Assembly: GCA_944363525.1 (NCBI GenBank)
Contig: CALVUF010000007.1
Span: 29,402-93,401 of the forward strand
DNA: 64,000 nt
Source of the DNA: an uncultured Bacilli bacterium
GTDB taxonomy: Bacteria; Bacillota_I; Bacilli_A; RFN20; CAG-826
Reading direction: 5' to 3'
Shown: positions 38,928 through 48,567 of the stretch, one piece after another
How the letters are laid out: each line of letters opens with the position of its first letter
How positions within the stretch are numbered: the first letter of the stretch is position 1
Made by a program: the position numbers and the translations under genes
The notes under the pieces: generated by a model
What the model saw: only the letters and a program-made list of their open reading frames with translations
Database searches by the model: none
Told to the model about the DNA's origin: nothing

Positions 38928-40460
38928 ATGAAGAAACACCTCGCTTTTTTATTCTTGCCCCTGCTGACGATCGGGCTTACCAGCTGCAATATCTATGACC
39001 TTTTCAACAAGGGGAAAGGCTCTTCCTTCGTCCCGCCGCTTACTAGCGACGGCCAATACGTCCTTGAGGACCCGACCCCCTTTACCTATCGTGATCTTCA
39101 GCTTTCGGCCGGAATGGATGCTTTACCCTCGACCGGGGAATACGATGTCTTGGTCCTGCCGATCGAGATGAGCGACTTCCCGTTTGAAGATGGGGCCTTA
39201 GAGGATCTCGACATCGTCTTGAATTCGGAAGACGGGACCGATTATTGGGAATCCCTCTCGAGTTTCTATTACAAATCGAGCTATGGCCAGCTTAAGGTCA
39301 ACTTTGTCATCGCCGATGTTTACCAAACCGGATTGACCGCCCAGCAGGCCTATTCCCGTTATGGGACCAATACCGTCAATCCCGACAATGGCATCAGCCT
39401 CATCGATGCCGCCTTTAAGAACTATAAAGCCAACGGGGGTAAGGCCGCTAGTTTCGACGATGACTCCAATGGCTGGGTCGATGGGATCGTCGCCGTCTAT
39501 TCCTGCCCTGACTCCCAATCGTATGAATATCCTTTCTACGATGCGACCAACTTCTATTGGGCCTATACCTATTGGGCCCAGCAGACTCCTTCTTACGTCA
39601 GCCCGAACTTCAATCTCTACTTCTGGCTCTCAATCGACTTCATCTATACCGAGAAAGGCCAATTGGATGCCCATACCCTGATCCATGAATTCGGCCATAT
39701 GCTCGGGTTAGACGATTACTATCCTTCCTCGACTTCCAAGGCTCCCTATAACGCCTATTTCCCGGTCGGCTGGCTCGATATGATGGATGGGAACATCCTC
39801 GATCATGACGCCTTCTCGAAATTGGCCCTTGGCTGGATTAAGCCGACGGTCATCGCCGATGAGTGTACCGTCGAACTTAAACCGTTGCAGGATGGAGCTA
39901 ACGCCATCGCCTTGCCCAGCGGAGCCTACAATGGCTCGGCCTTCGATGAATACCTTATCTTCGAACTCTATACCCCGACTGGCCTTAATGAACTCGACAG
40001 CACCACCCAATATAATGGGCGTCCCCTCGGGTTCCAGTCCCCGGGGGTCAAGATCCTCCATGTCGATGCCAGGGTGATGGAAATCACCATCAATTCCTCG
40101 GGCCGGGGAAGCGCCGAATACTTAGAAGGGACAACCCTCGATCCGGAGTCGACTGCTTCCTACATGCGTTATTACCAAGTGGGGGCGACTAATTCGCAGA
40201 AGGTCAATTCCTATGCCAAGGATTCCTATTCCTTGGTCTCCTTAATCGACGCCTCCTCTCCTTCGGTCAACCCTTTCTACCGGCAAGGCTATGCCGATGA
40301 CGGGTCCTTGTTCCATGCCGGCGATTCCTTCTCGCTTAGCAAATATTCCGTCTACTTCCCCGAGGAGACGACCCTTAATAACGGGCAATCCCTCGATTAC
40401 GAAGTCCGCATCGATTACTGCGATTACGAAAAGGCGACCTTGACCTTCACCAAACGATGA
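38928..40460 (+). CDS. M6 (immune inhibitor A)-like zinc metalloprotease lipoprotein, paralog 1
   Basis: Lipobox LTSC; VLVLPIE..D; HTLIHEFGHMLGLDDYY; DMMD Met-turn; SKLALGW. Confidence 0.85.
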   Translation: MKKHLAFLFLPLLTIGLTSCNIYDLFNKGKGSSFVPPLTSDGQYVLEDPTPFTYRDLQLSAGMDALPSTGEYDVLVLPIEMSDFPFEDGALEDLDIVLNSEDGTDYWESLSSFYYKSSYGQLKVNFVIADVYQTGLTAQQAYSRYGTNTVNPDNGISLIDAAFKNYKANGGKAASFDDDSNGWVDGIVAVYSCPDSQSYEYPFYDATNFYWAYTYWAQQTPSYVSPNFNLYFWLSIDFIYTEKGQLDAHTLIHEFGHMLGLDDYYPSSTSKAPYNAYFPVGWLDMMDGNILDHDAFSKLALGWIKPTVIADECTVELKPLQDGANAIALPSGAYNGSAFDEYLIFELYTPTGLNELDSTTQYNGRPLGFQSPGVKILHVDARVMEITINSSGRGSAEYLEGTTLDPESTASYMRYYQVGATNSQKVNSYAKDSYSLVSLIDASSPSVNPFYRQGYADDGSLFHAGDSFSLSKYSVYFPEETTLNNGQSLDYEVRIDYCDYEKATLTFTKR

Positions 40461-42007
40461 AAAAGAACCTGTTGATATTAGGGTTGGGCTTAGTTTGCCT
40501 CGCCGCCTGCACTCCGCGGACGATCCACCATTCTTCCTCGGAGGAGAAGACCCCGTCCGAACCTAATTCCCCGGACTCGTCTTTGAATGTGACCACGCCT
40601 GAGGAATCGTCTTCCTCGAGCCTCGCTCCGGTCGATGTCTTCGAACCTCAATTGGTTTTGAAATATGGCTTCCAGGATCTGAACAATAGCCAGTATGCTG
40701 ACTCCTTGCCAACGACCGGCCAATACTCGATCTTGGTCCTGCCGATTGAATTCACCGATTATAAGTTCAGCGAATCGGAGTTAAGCGACCTTGATTCGAC
40801 CATCAATGCCGAGAATGGGACGGCTTATTGGGAATCGCTTTCGTCATATTATTACAAGTCATCCTATGGCCAGCTGGATTTGAATTTTGTGATGGCCGAT
40901 GTTTATGAGTCCGGGTATACCGCTAGAGGGGCGTATAACCAATTTGGCGCGAGTGGCCGCGATAACGGCATCACTCTTATCAACGCCGCGTTCAAGGAGT
41001 ATTCCGCCACCCACGACGTCGAACGGTTCGACACCGATAATAACGGCTGGATCGATGGGGTCATCGCCGTCTATTCCTGCCATGATTATTACTCGGGAAA
41101 CTTAAGTTATGATCAAACCGGTTTCTACTGGGCCTATACCTATTGGGCCCAGAATGAGCCAAACGGCCATTCCCCGACCGTCAACCTCTATTTCTGGCTC
41201 TCGATCGACTTTATCTACGAAGCCGGGGATGGCGATGCCCATACCCTGATCCACGAGTTCGGACATATGCTCGGCCTCGATGACCTTTATAGCGATTCCG
41301 CTAATGGGACGGCCTATGCCGGGGGGCTCGACATGATGGACCTCAACATCCTCGACCATGGGGCTTATGCCAAGATTTTGCTGGGCTGGCTCAAGCCTTA
41401 TGTCGTGACTGAGGAGGCGACGGTAGAGATCACCCCCTCGACCTCGACCCCCTCGGCCATCATCGTCCCCTCAGCCAGTTGGAACGGCAACGCCTTTGAC
41501 GAGTATATGGTCATCGAGCTTTATAGCCCGATCGGGCTAAACGAGCATGATAGTCTCTCCGCCTATCCGGGCCGGCCGCGCGGCTATTCGAAGCCCGGGG
41601 TCAAAATCAGCCATATCGACGCGAGGGTCATGGCCGTGACCTACGATGATCGGGGCTATATGGAAGACGCTTCCTATTATTACGGCGATTCGATCGACGC
41701 TAGTTCCGGCAACGTCTATTACACGGTCGGGGCCACCAATTGTCAGAAGGATTACTACCCGGCGGCCTCCTTTTATAACTTCAACACCCTAATCGACGCT
41801 TCCTCCCCTTCCCGGATCCCCTTTATTAACGGCGATTACGCCGATAACGACAGCCTATTCCACGCCGGCGATTGCTTTGATATCGATACTTACCGTAATT
41901 ACTTCCCGGATAAGGGGAGATTCAATAACGGGGAGCGGTTCCCTTACCTCATCGACATCCTCTCCGTCAGCGAAAAATCGGCCGTTATTCAAATCAAGGA
42001 GGCTTAA
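40457..42007 (+). CDS. M6-like zinc metalloprotease lipoprotein, paralog 2
   Basis: Lipobox LAAC; Ser-rich linker; HTLIHEFGHMLGLDDLY; DMMD; KILLGW. Confidence 0.85.
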   Translation: MKKNLLILGLGLVCLAACTPRTIHHSSSEEKTPSEPNSPDSSLNVTTPEESSSSSLAPVDVFEPQLVLKYGFQDLNNSQYADSLPTTGQYSILVLPIEFTDYKFSESELSDLDSTINAENGTAYWESLSSYYYKSSYGQLDLNFVMADVYESGYTARGAYNQFGASGRDNGITLINAAFKEYSATHDVERFDTDNNGWIDGVIAVYSCHDYYSGNLSYDQTGFYWAYTYWAQNEPNGHSPTVNLYFWLSIDFIYEAGDGDAHTLIHEFGHMLGLDDLYSDSANGTAYAGGLDMMDLNILDHGAYAKILLGWLKPYVVTEEATVEITPSTSTPSAIIVPSASWNGNAFDEYMVIELYSPIGLNEHDSLSAYPGRPRGYSKPGVKISHIDARVMAVTYDDRGYMEDASYYYGDSIDASSGNVYYTVGATNCQKDYYPAASFYNFNTLIDASSPSRIPFINGDYADNDSLFHAGDCFDIDTYRNYFPDKGRFNNGERFPYLIDILSVSEKSAVIQIKEA

Positions 42008-42009
42008 CC

Positions 42010-43551
42010 ATGAAGAAAACGCCCTTGCTTTTATCCTTATTGCTGCTAGTCGGCTGCAAATCCACATCGAGCAGCAGCAGTTCCACATCGAGCAGCAGCA
42101 GCTCGCCGATCGAATTGAATGGCTTTCATAAAGCCGAATCGATCAATGAGAACATGACCTTGTTCGACGTCTATTCCTCCCAATCGACCCCGAACCTTCC
42201 CTCGATCGGGGAATACGATATCTTGGTCCTGCCGATCGAGATCGAGGGTTATCCTTTTGCCGATGAGGATTTGCAGACGATAGAGATCGCCACCACCGGC
42301 AGCGCCGAGCAGACCGGTTATTGGGAAACTCTCCCCTCCTATTACGAGAAATCCAGTTACGGGGCTTTGCGGATCAATTGCGAGGTCGCCCCGGTCGTCA
42401 AGATCGACAAGACCCCGCAAGAACTGCTCGATTCGACCAGCGACCCGGCCTCTTATTGCCTGAATGAGGGGCTGAACCAATATAAAGGGGACGTCAAGAA
42501 GTTCGACCATAACGGGGACGGGTTGATCGACGCCACGATTATGATTTATTCCTGCCCGGACGCCGGCCATTCGCGGGAAATCGCCTCCATCGACCCCTAC
42601 GCCGATTATTTTTGGGCTTATACCTATTTCAACGGCGAGGCTTTGCCCGACGCCGATCCCGACGATCCGGTCGGCTTCTATTATTTCTGGTCCTCCCTCG
42701 ATTTCTTCCAAGATGCCGGGGAAGGGAAAATCGATTGCCATACCATCATCCATGAGTTCGGGCATATCCTCGGGGCCGACGATTATTACGATGCCGATTT
42801 CGCCGTCAACGGCTACGACAATCCGGCCGGGGGATCGATCATGATGGATTGCAACGTCGGCGACATGGACATGGCCACCAAATTGCTTTATGGCTGGAGC
42901 AAGCCTTATGTGGTGAGCGAGGATTCCACCCTCACCATCAAGCCCTCCGAGAGCAGCGGGGATTGCATCCTCATCGCCGATCATTGGAATGGGACCGGGT
43001 TCGACGAATTCCTTTTGCTCGAGCTATATACCCCGACCGGGCTTAACGAGCTTGACTCCAAGCAAGCCTATCCCGATTTGGGGGCGACCCTGCCGAGCGA
43101 GGCCGGGGTTAAGCTTTGGCACGTCGATAACCGGCTGGTGTATGGCCCGGGGTTCTTGAATGGGATGAACTTCCAAGACGTCGCCTATTTGACCGATGAG
43201 GAAACCGCTTCCGGAGAATACGAGAAGTATAGCCAAATCGACGGGAGGTTTTATACCAATTGCTTAGCCATCGCCGCCTCCAATTCCGATTACGCCCGAT
43301 GCGTATCCTTGCTTGGCCAAGATATCTTCTCCTTGCAGCTTATCCAAGCCGGCGGGGAGTATACTTTCGATCGGACTGACGTCAACACCGCGAACGCCGA
43401 CCTTTTCCATACCGGCGATACCTTCGATATGGATGAGAGCGAGTTCTTTCCTTCCGGCAAGCTGAACAATGGGGCGAGCCTGCCCGTTTCCATCAGCTTC
43501 GATTCGGTTAGCGGAAAGGAAGCGAAGATAACCATCACCTACCATGAGTAA
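42010..43551 (+). CDS. M6-like zinc metalloprotease lipoprotein, paralog 3
   Basis: Lipobox LVGC; poly-Ser linker; HTIIHEFGHILGADDYY; IMMD; KLLYGW. Confidence 0.85.
   Translation: MKKTPLLLSLLLLVGCKSTSSSSSSTSSSSSSPIELNGFHKAESINENMTLFDVYSSQSTPNLPSIGEYDILVLPIEIEGYPFADEDLQTIEIATTGSAEQTGYWETLPSYYEKSSYGALRINCEVAPVVKIDKTPQELLDSTSDPASYCLNEGLNQYKGDVKKFDHNGDGLIDATIMIYSCPDAGHSREIASIDPYADYFWAYTYFNGEALPDADPDDPVGFYYFWSSLDFFQDAGEGKIDCHTIIHEFGHILGADDYYDADFAVNGYDNPAGGSIMMDCNVGDMDMATKLLYGWSKPYVVSEDSTLTIKPSESSGDCILIADHWNGTGFDEFLLLELYTPTGLNELDSKQAYPDLGATLPSEAGVKLWHVDNRLVYGPGFLNGMNFQDVAYLTDEETASGEYEKYSQIDGRFYTNCLAIAASNSDYARCVSLLGQDIFSLQLIQAGGEYTFDRTDVNTANADLFHTGDTFDMDESEFFPSGKLNNGASLPVSISFDSVSGKEAKITITYHE
42061..42102 (+). 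repeat. 21-bp tandem duplication encoding a poly-Ser linker
   Basis: TCCACATCGAGCAGCAGCAG(T/C) x2. Confidence 0.85.
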
Positions 43552-44020
43552 GAAGAAGCGCGATTCCTCGGTGTTGTTGGAGAATAGGAAAGCCCATTTC
43601 CTCTATTTTCTTAGCGACTTCATGACCGCCGGGCTCGTTTTGACCGGGACTGAGATCAAGTCGCTAAGGGCCCGGAACGCCTCGCTTTCCGATTCTTATG
43701 TCTATATCAAAAACGGCGAGGCCTATATCGCCAATATGCATATCGCCCCCTATAAGGACGGGACGGTGTATAACGTCGATCACCTTCGGGACCGGAAGCT
43801 GCTCCTCACTAAGCAAGAGATTCGCAAGCTCGACTCCCATTTGAAGGGCAGCTCGACCACCTGCGTCCCGACCAAGGTGTTTCTTAAAAACGGCTACGCC
43901 AAGGTCGAGATCGCTTTAGCCAAGGGCAAGCAAGCCCATGATAAGCGGGACTCGATCAAGAAGCGGGATGACGAACGGGCCATCAAGGCGGCCGAGAAAG
44001 AAGGACGGAAATATGATTGA
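43544..44020 (+). CDS. smpB: SsrA-binding protein
   Basis: NRKA, AGLVLTGTEIKSLR, RKLLL and AKGK..HDKR motifs. Confidence 0.97.
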   Translation: MSKKKRDSSVLLENRKAHFLYFLSDFMTAGLVLTGTEIKSLRARNASLSDSYVYIKNGEAYIANMHIAPYKDGTVYNVDHLRDRKLLLTKQEIRKLDSHLKGSSTTCVPTKVFLKNGYAKVEIALAKGKQAHDKRDSIKKRDDERAIKAAEKEGRKYD

Positions 44021-45146
44021 TTTGCAGGGTTTCAAAAACGAATCCGGCGATTTCGACAAGGCTTTGCGGAAATCCTCCCTTTTGCCCAAATGCCCGGTTA
44101 TTTTAGTATCCGGCAGCTCTGGCAAATCCTTGACCATCGCTTATTTAAGCGGCATTTTGCAGGCTTTAGGCAAGAAGGTTGGGGCTTATTATAATTGCTT
44201 CGATGACAATGAGGACGATATCCGGGTCAACGGGGAAAGAGGGGTCATTGACCTCGACTATCTTTCTTTGGCTAAGAAGTATTCGTTATCGAAAGAGCAA
44301 GCGAAGTTCTTATTGGCTTTATCGGCCTATAAAGATTGCGACTATATCCTCGTTGAAGAACCGATCGGCGGGGTCTCCTCCCCCATCTATAGCGAACTCC
44401 TTGAGCCGACCTTGACTATCCTGACTTCGGTTGGCTTAGACCATGTGGAGGAATTAGGGACTACTGAAAGCAGCATCGCCTTAGACTGCGCCGCCCTGTC
44501 GGTCCCCGATTCGACTTTGCTTTCCTTTGAGCTGAACGAGCTCAACGAACCGCCGGTGAAGGAATATTGCCTCGACAACAAAGTGAAGTGGGTCAAAGCC
44601 AATACCCCTTTCCATCCCCATTACGAAGGGGAGGAACTGGTGTTCGATATCCATGCTTACCCAGGAATTCGGATCAATACCCCAGTGGCAATCGAGATGC
44701 TTGACGTCGCCTTAGCCATCGAGGCGGTCAATCAACTGGGGCTATCCTTGGATAAGGAGACCTTGCAAAAAGGGATCGGTAAGATCTCTTTGCCTAACCA
44801 CCACGAGGCGAAGGGCCGTTACCTCTTCGACTGCGCGTCCTCCCCCGAGATGATCGCTGGCTTGAGCAAGAGTTATCCTTCTTTGGCTTTAGGTGAGCCC
44901 TTGTCGGTCGTTTATGCCGCGAAAAAAGGGAGCAACGTCGCCTCGATCCTCCCCTTATTGGACAATGCCTTCGATAAGGTCTATCTGACCGGTATCCCGG
45001 GCGATGATTGCTTCTGGGGTGAAGACGATTTCTTCCTCTTCACCGCCGACCATCCGTTTATCAATGATCTCGCCTCGATTGAGGGGAAGGTTTTATTCCT
45101 CGGGGATATAAGGTTCTTAGCCTATGCCAAAGAACGAGTTGAATGA
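44013..45146 (+). CDS. Degenerate FolC/Mur-ligase-fold protein
   Basis: VSGSSGKS P-loop and TSVGLDH..ELG follow the FolC layout; other FolC motifs are altered. Confidence 0.7.
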   Translation: MIDLQGFKNESGDFDKALRKSSLLPKCPVILVSGSSGKSLTIAYLSGILQALGKKVGAYYNCFDDNEDDIRVNGERGVIDLDYLSLAKKYSLSKEQAKFLLALSAYKDCDYILVEEPIGGVSSPIYSELLEPTLTILTSVGLDHVEELGTTESSIALDCAALSVPDSTLLSFELNELNEPPVKEYCLDNKVKWVKANTPFHPHYEGEELVFDIHAYPGIRINTPVAIEMLDVALAIEAVNQLGLSLDKETLQKGIGKISLPNHHEAKGRYLFDCASSPEMIAGLSKSYPSLALGEPLSVVYAAKKGSNVASILPLLDNAFDKVYLTGIPGDDCFWGEDDFFLFTADHPFINDLASIEGKVLFLGDIRFLAYAKERVE

Positions 45147-45306
45147 ACCGGAGGTCGACGAGAGCCTTTTGACCCCGGAGCAGAAAGAGGAGCTTAATTC
45201 CCATCCTTCCCGGAAGGGTTTCTTCATCTTTTGTGGGGTGCTGGTCCTTCTCATCGTCGTGTGCCTTATCGTCATCTTTGCTTTGGGTGGGCCTACAGGG
45301 GATTGA
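45124..45306 (+). CDS. Small single-pass membrane protein
   Basis: Acidic N-terminus plus one hydrophobic helix; overlaps the upstream stop; start may be TTG at 45139. Confidence 0.6.
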   Translation: MPKNELNEPEVDESLLTPEQKEELNSHPSRKGFFIFCGVLVLLIVVCLIVIFALGGPTGD

Positions 45307-45429
45307 ACATAAAACCTCTTTTCGCTTAGGGCCATCCCCATTAGTCGGAAAAGTTTGGACAATGTCCAAGGAAACGGGGTTGAGGAATGGCTATAGGCGA
45401 GTAGACTATTGCCGGTTGGAGGGCCGGCT

Positions 45430-45558
45430 ATGGACGAAGAAGCTTATTCGAAGAAGATGAGCGTTGAGGACATGGAAGCCTATTTGTCCCTCGCCCTCTG
45501 CTCGACTGATAAGGAAATAAACGAAGCCTTGGCGAAAGCCAGCGAAGACAACAAGTAA
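45430..45558 (+). CDS. Small hypothetical protein (42 aa, MDEEAYSKKMSVEDMEAYLSLALC...)
   Basis: GGAGG SD upstream and a terminator directly after the TAA; below the ORF-track length cutoff. Confidence 0.45.
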   Translation: MDEEAYSKKMSVEDMEAYLSLALCSTDKEINEALAKASEDNK

Positions 45559-45580
45559 GACGGCCGGTGGGCCGTTTTTT
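45558..45580 (+). terminator. Rho-independent terminator
   Basis: ACGGCC-GGTG-GGCCGT followed by TTTTT. Confidence 0.7.
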
Positions 45581-45661
45581 GTTGGTGGGGCTGGATTCGC
45601 TTCGGCGTTTTTCGACTAATTGGGGATGGGCTTACCTTTGGCTCGTTATCGGATAACGCCA

Positions 45662-45988
45662 TCAATAGTATTCGTAATGGAAGTCATCAACCAAGCGATA
45701 TTTATTCGCGTATGGCTTTAAGGCTTCCCTACTCATGGCTGAGAACTGGATGAGATCCTGCTTGAATTGCTGCTTTTCCTCTTTCGTTCTAAAGCCGACG
45801 CCAGTGAATTCGCGCTCGTTGTTGATGTATTGGCTATCGAATTCGCGCGATACCTTTCACATTAGGTCATCGAGTTCTTTGTTGCCTCTAAGTTCCTCCG
45901 GCAAGCCGACGTCCTCTACAATCCCGTCTTCCCCATATATCCAAACCGGTTCGCAACTGTATTCCAATAGCAATCTGATTGTTCGCAT
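45662..45988 (-). pseudogene. 108-codon gene interrupted by one in-frame TGA
   Basis: SD AAGGAGG; MRTIRLLLEYSCEPVWIYGEDG...ELDDLM*KVSREFDSQYINNEREF...YEYY*; TGA at 45857-45859. Confidence 0.7.
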
Positions 45989-46225
45989 TTTTCAATCCTC
46001 CTTGAATTTTCCTGGTTTAGTCGGATTTGCTCTTAAATATAGCGCTTGTTTGAAATAACCTCTGGTTTTTGGCAATATTTAATCAATCTTCTTTCACCAT
46101 CTGCCCACTTAACCAAGAAAGGAGAATCGAAAAATGACGGAAGATCAAGCTGCCGTTGACTCTACGATACTGACCAGCGACCTTAGGCGCAAGACGGTTT
46201 TCAAATCTTATACAGGAGTTTTCAA

Positions 46226-46738
46226 ATGCGGATGCGGAATGGTTATGGATTGTTAATCTTTTGCGCATTGAATGCGCTGCCGCTAGTTGGCTGCGACACA
46301 AATTATACTTCCCCTGCTAGGCATGAGTATGTTTATTCTCCCGAAGAATACTCTAGCCAGGAAGAGTGGAAGGATTGCCGAGTGACTTTCGATTTGGTTC
46401 TCCGCGGCGATCCGGTTCTGAGGTATTGGGACCTTCCGTCGGAAACACGGGATCAAAGGCAAATCGAATGGTTGGGGCTTGAGGATAATCAGGCCGGCGA
46501 CGTTGGCATGGCTTATGAAGGAGCGAATTTTCAGGAATGCCTAATCATTACTTTTCATGATCCTGGCCCGCAGCTCGATGGACCCTATATCATGCACGAT
46601 GTGCAGGTCCGTTCGATGCAATTTTATGGGCTTAATGGCAATCATATGGCCATCAATCTTATTGGCGAACACGGTGACGATGGGATAACTATTGAGGGGC
46701 TTATCCCCGACGTCACTTTGGAATTCCAGGCCGTTTAA
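46226..46738 (+). CDS. Hypothetical lipoprotein
   Basis: AGGAG SD; signal peptide ending LVGC. Confidence 0.7.
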   Translation: MRMRNGYGLLIFCALNALPLVGCDTNYTSPARHEYVYSPEEYSSQEEWKDCRVTFDLVLRGDPVLRYWDLPSETRDQRQIEWLGLEDNQAGDVGMAYEGANFQECLIITFHDPGPQLDGPYIMHDVQVRSMQFYGLNGNHMAINLIGEHGDDGITIEGLIPDVTLEFQAV

Positions 46739-46813
46739 TATTCCCTTTGGCCTTAGAGCGCTGTGAAAATCCCGTTTTGCCCCTACTAGCTTTAGGGGTG
46801 GTATAATCTGTTT

Positions 46814-48454
46814 ATGGAAACGAAGCGCTCATTTCATGACAAGGTCATTTACCAAATCTATCCCCGTTCTTTCTGCGATTCCAATGGCGATGGGATCGGG
46901 GACATAGAAGGGATCATCTCCAAATTGGATTACCTAAAGGATCTGGGGATCGATTGCCTTTGGCTTTCCCCGATCTACAAGTCGCCCCTCATGGATATGG
47001 GGTATGACGTGGCCGATTATTATTCGATCCATCCCGATTACGGGACAATGGAGGACTTCGACCGACTTTTGGAGGAGGCGGACAAAAGGGGACTTAAAAT
47101 CATCATGGACCTGGTGGTTAACCACACCTCCGATCAGCACGAATGGTTCAAGGCCAGCCGGGATCCCGCTTCCCCATATCGGGATTACTATATTTGGCGG
47201 AAGGGGAAGAAAGAGGGGGTCCCTCCCAATAACTGGACCTCGATGTTCACCGGGCCGGCTTGGACTTACGATCAAGAAAGTGGCGAATGGTATCTCCATC
47301 TTTATTCCGCCGAGCAGCCCGACCTCAATTTCCATAATGAGCGAGTGGTGGAGGAGGTCGAGAGAATCCTTCGTTTCTATTTGGACAAAGGGGTGTATGG
47401 TTTCCGTTGCGACGTCATCAACCAATGCTATAAGGAGTCGTTAAAAGACGGCAAAGGGCTCTCGCCCTCCGGAAGAGGGATGGAGCATTACCTTTGCTCG
47501 GAAGGGAACCATAAACTATTACGTCGATTCTATGACGATGTCTTCTCCCATTACGACTGCGTCGTCATCGGGGAGACTTATGCCATCGATGTTGAGAACG
47601 GGAAACGTTATCTGGATAACCACGAGCTCGACATGTTCTTCCAGTTCGACACCGCCAATTGCGATAACCTCCTTGTCCCGGTGTTCAAGAGGAAGTTCAA
47701 GCCCCGTTATCTTCGGGACGAGATCTATAAATGGCAGACTGGGGTGCCCTGGATGGCCAATTATCTTGAGAACCATGACCAACCCCGTTCAATCAACCAT
47801 TATGGGGACCCAGTGAAGTTCCCGAAGGCCTCGGCTAAGGCGCTTGCAGTCCTGAACCTCACTCTTAGGGGAACTCCCTTCATCTACCAGGGGGAGGAAA
47901 TTGGGATGACCAATCTGTCCCTGCAAGACCCAGAGCAAAGCCAAGACGTCAGTTGCCGGCAGGTCAATGAGATATTGAAGAAGCTGCCCTTTACTAAGAA
48001 GACTCGTTACAAACTGGCCAATCGGGTCAACCGGGACCATGCCCGGACCCCGATGCAGTGGAATGACGCGGTTTCGGCTGGTTTCTCCATTAATGAGAAG
48101 ACCTGGCTCCCGGTCAATCCGAACTATAAGGTCATCAACGTGGCCGCCGAGTCCCTTGATCAGGGCTCGGTCCTAAGTTTCTATAAAGCCTTGCTGCAAC
48201 TCCGGAAAAAAGACGAGGCTTTTGTCTATGGCGACTTCCGGCCGATCATGGTCCATGGGGATTTGATCGCCTATCAACGGGTCTATCAGCAGGAACGCCG
48301 TTTCATCTTGATCAACTTGACCGGGAAGGACGTCAAAATCCCCCGACATCTGATCCTCGATGGGGCGAAGCTATTGCTGTCATCGCTCCCGGTCCAAGGG
48401 TATCGGATGGGGTTCCTCTCTCCCTTTGAAGCCGATATCTTCGAGATAAAGTGA
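46814..48454 (+). CDS. GH13 alpha-glucosidase / oligo-1,6-glucosidase
   Basis: YQIYPRSF.DSNGDGIGD, DLVVNHTSDQH, QPDLN, GFRCDV, IGE and ENHD motifs. Confidence 0.93.
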   Translation: METKRSFHDKVIYQIYPRSFCDSNGDGIGDIEGIISKLDYLKDLGIDCLWLSPIYKSPLMDMGYDVADYYSIHPDYGTMEDFDRLLEEADKRGLKIIMDLVVNHTSDQHEWFKASRDPASPYRDYYIWRKGKKEGVPPNNWTSMFTGPAWTYDQESGEWYLHLYSAEQPDLNFHNERVVEEVERILRFYLDKGVYGFRCDVINQCYKESLKDGKGLSPSGRGMEHYLCSEGNHKLLRRFYDDVFSHYDCVVIGETYAIDVENGKRYLDNHELDMFFQFDTANCDNLLVPVFKRKFKPRYLRDEIYKWQTGVPWMANYLENHDQPRSINHYGDPVKFPKASAKALAVLNLTLRGTPFIYQGEEIGMTNLSLQDPEQSQDVSCRQVNEILKKLPFTKKTRYKLANRVNRDHARTPMQWNDAVSAGFSINEKTWLPVNPNYKVINVAAESLDQGSVLSFYKALLQLRKKDEAFVYGDFRPIMVHGDLIAYQRVYQQERRFILINLTGKDVKIPRHLILDGAKLLLSSLPVQGYRMGFLSPFEADIFEIK

Positions 48455-48515
48455 TAAACAGTGATAAAGAGTGATGAAAAATTCCTGAAAAAAGGCATCG
48501 AATGGACGGTTTTTC
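48443..48515. repeat. GTGATAAA 10-bp-period array plus an inverted copy of the AAAAACCG...TCGATG core motif
   Basis: Units at 48451, 48461, 48471 (degenerate at 48443); minus-strand GAAAAACCGTCCATTCGATGCCTTTTTT at 48488-48515. Confidence 0.7.
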
Positions 48516-48567
48516 GTTCCTCAGCCGATTAATAGGAAGGAGAATAGATAACTTACGAGTATTGCCT

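Noticed and set aside
42046-42984. 312-aa antisense ORF (similar ones at 52012-52725, 60137-60802, 60824-61474)
   Set aside because: Shadow frames of well-supported genes on the opposite strand, explained by codon bias
43544-45360. tmRNA or tRNA near smpB
   Set aside because: The flanks are fully coding and no tRNA-like ends were recognised
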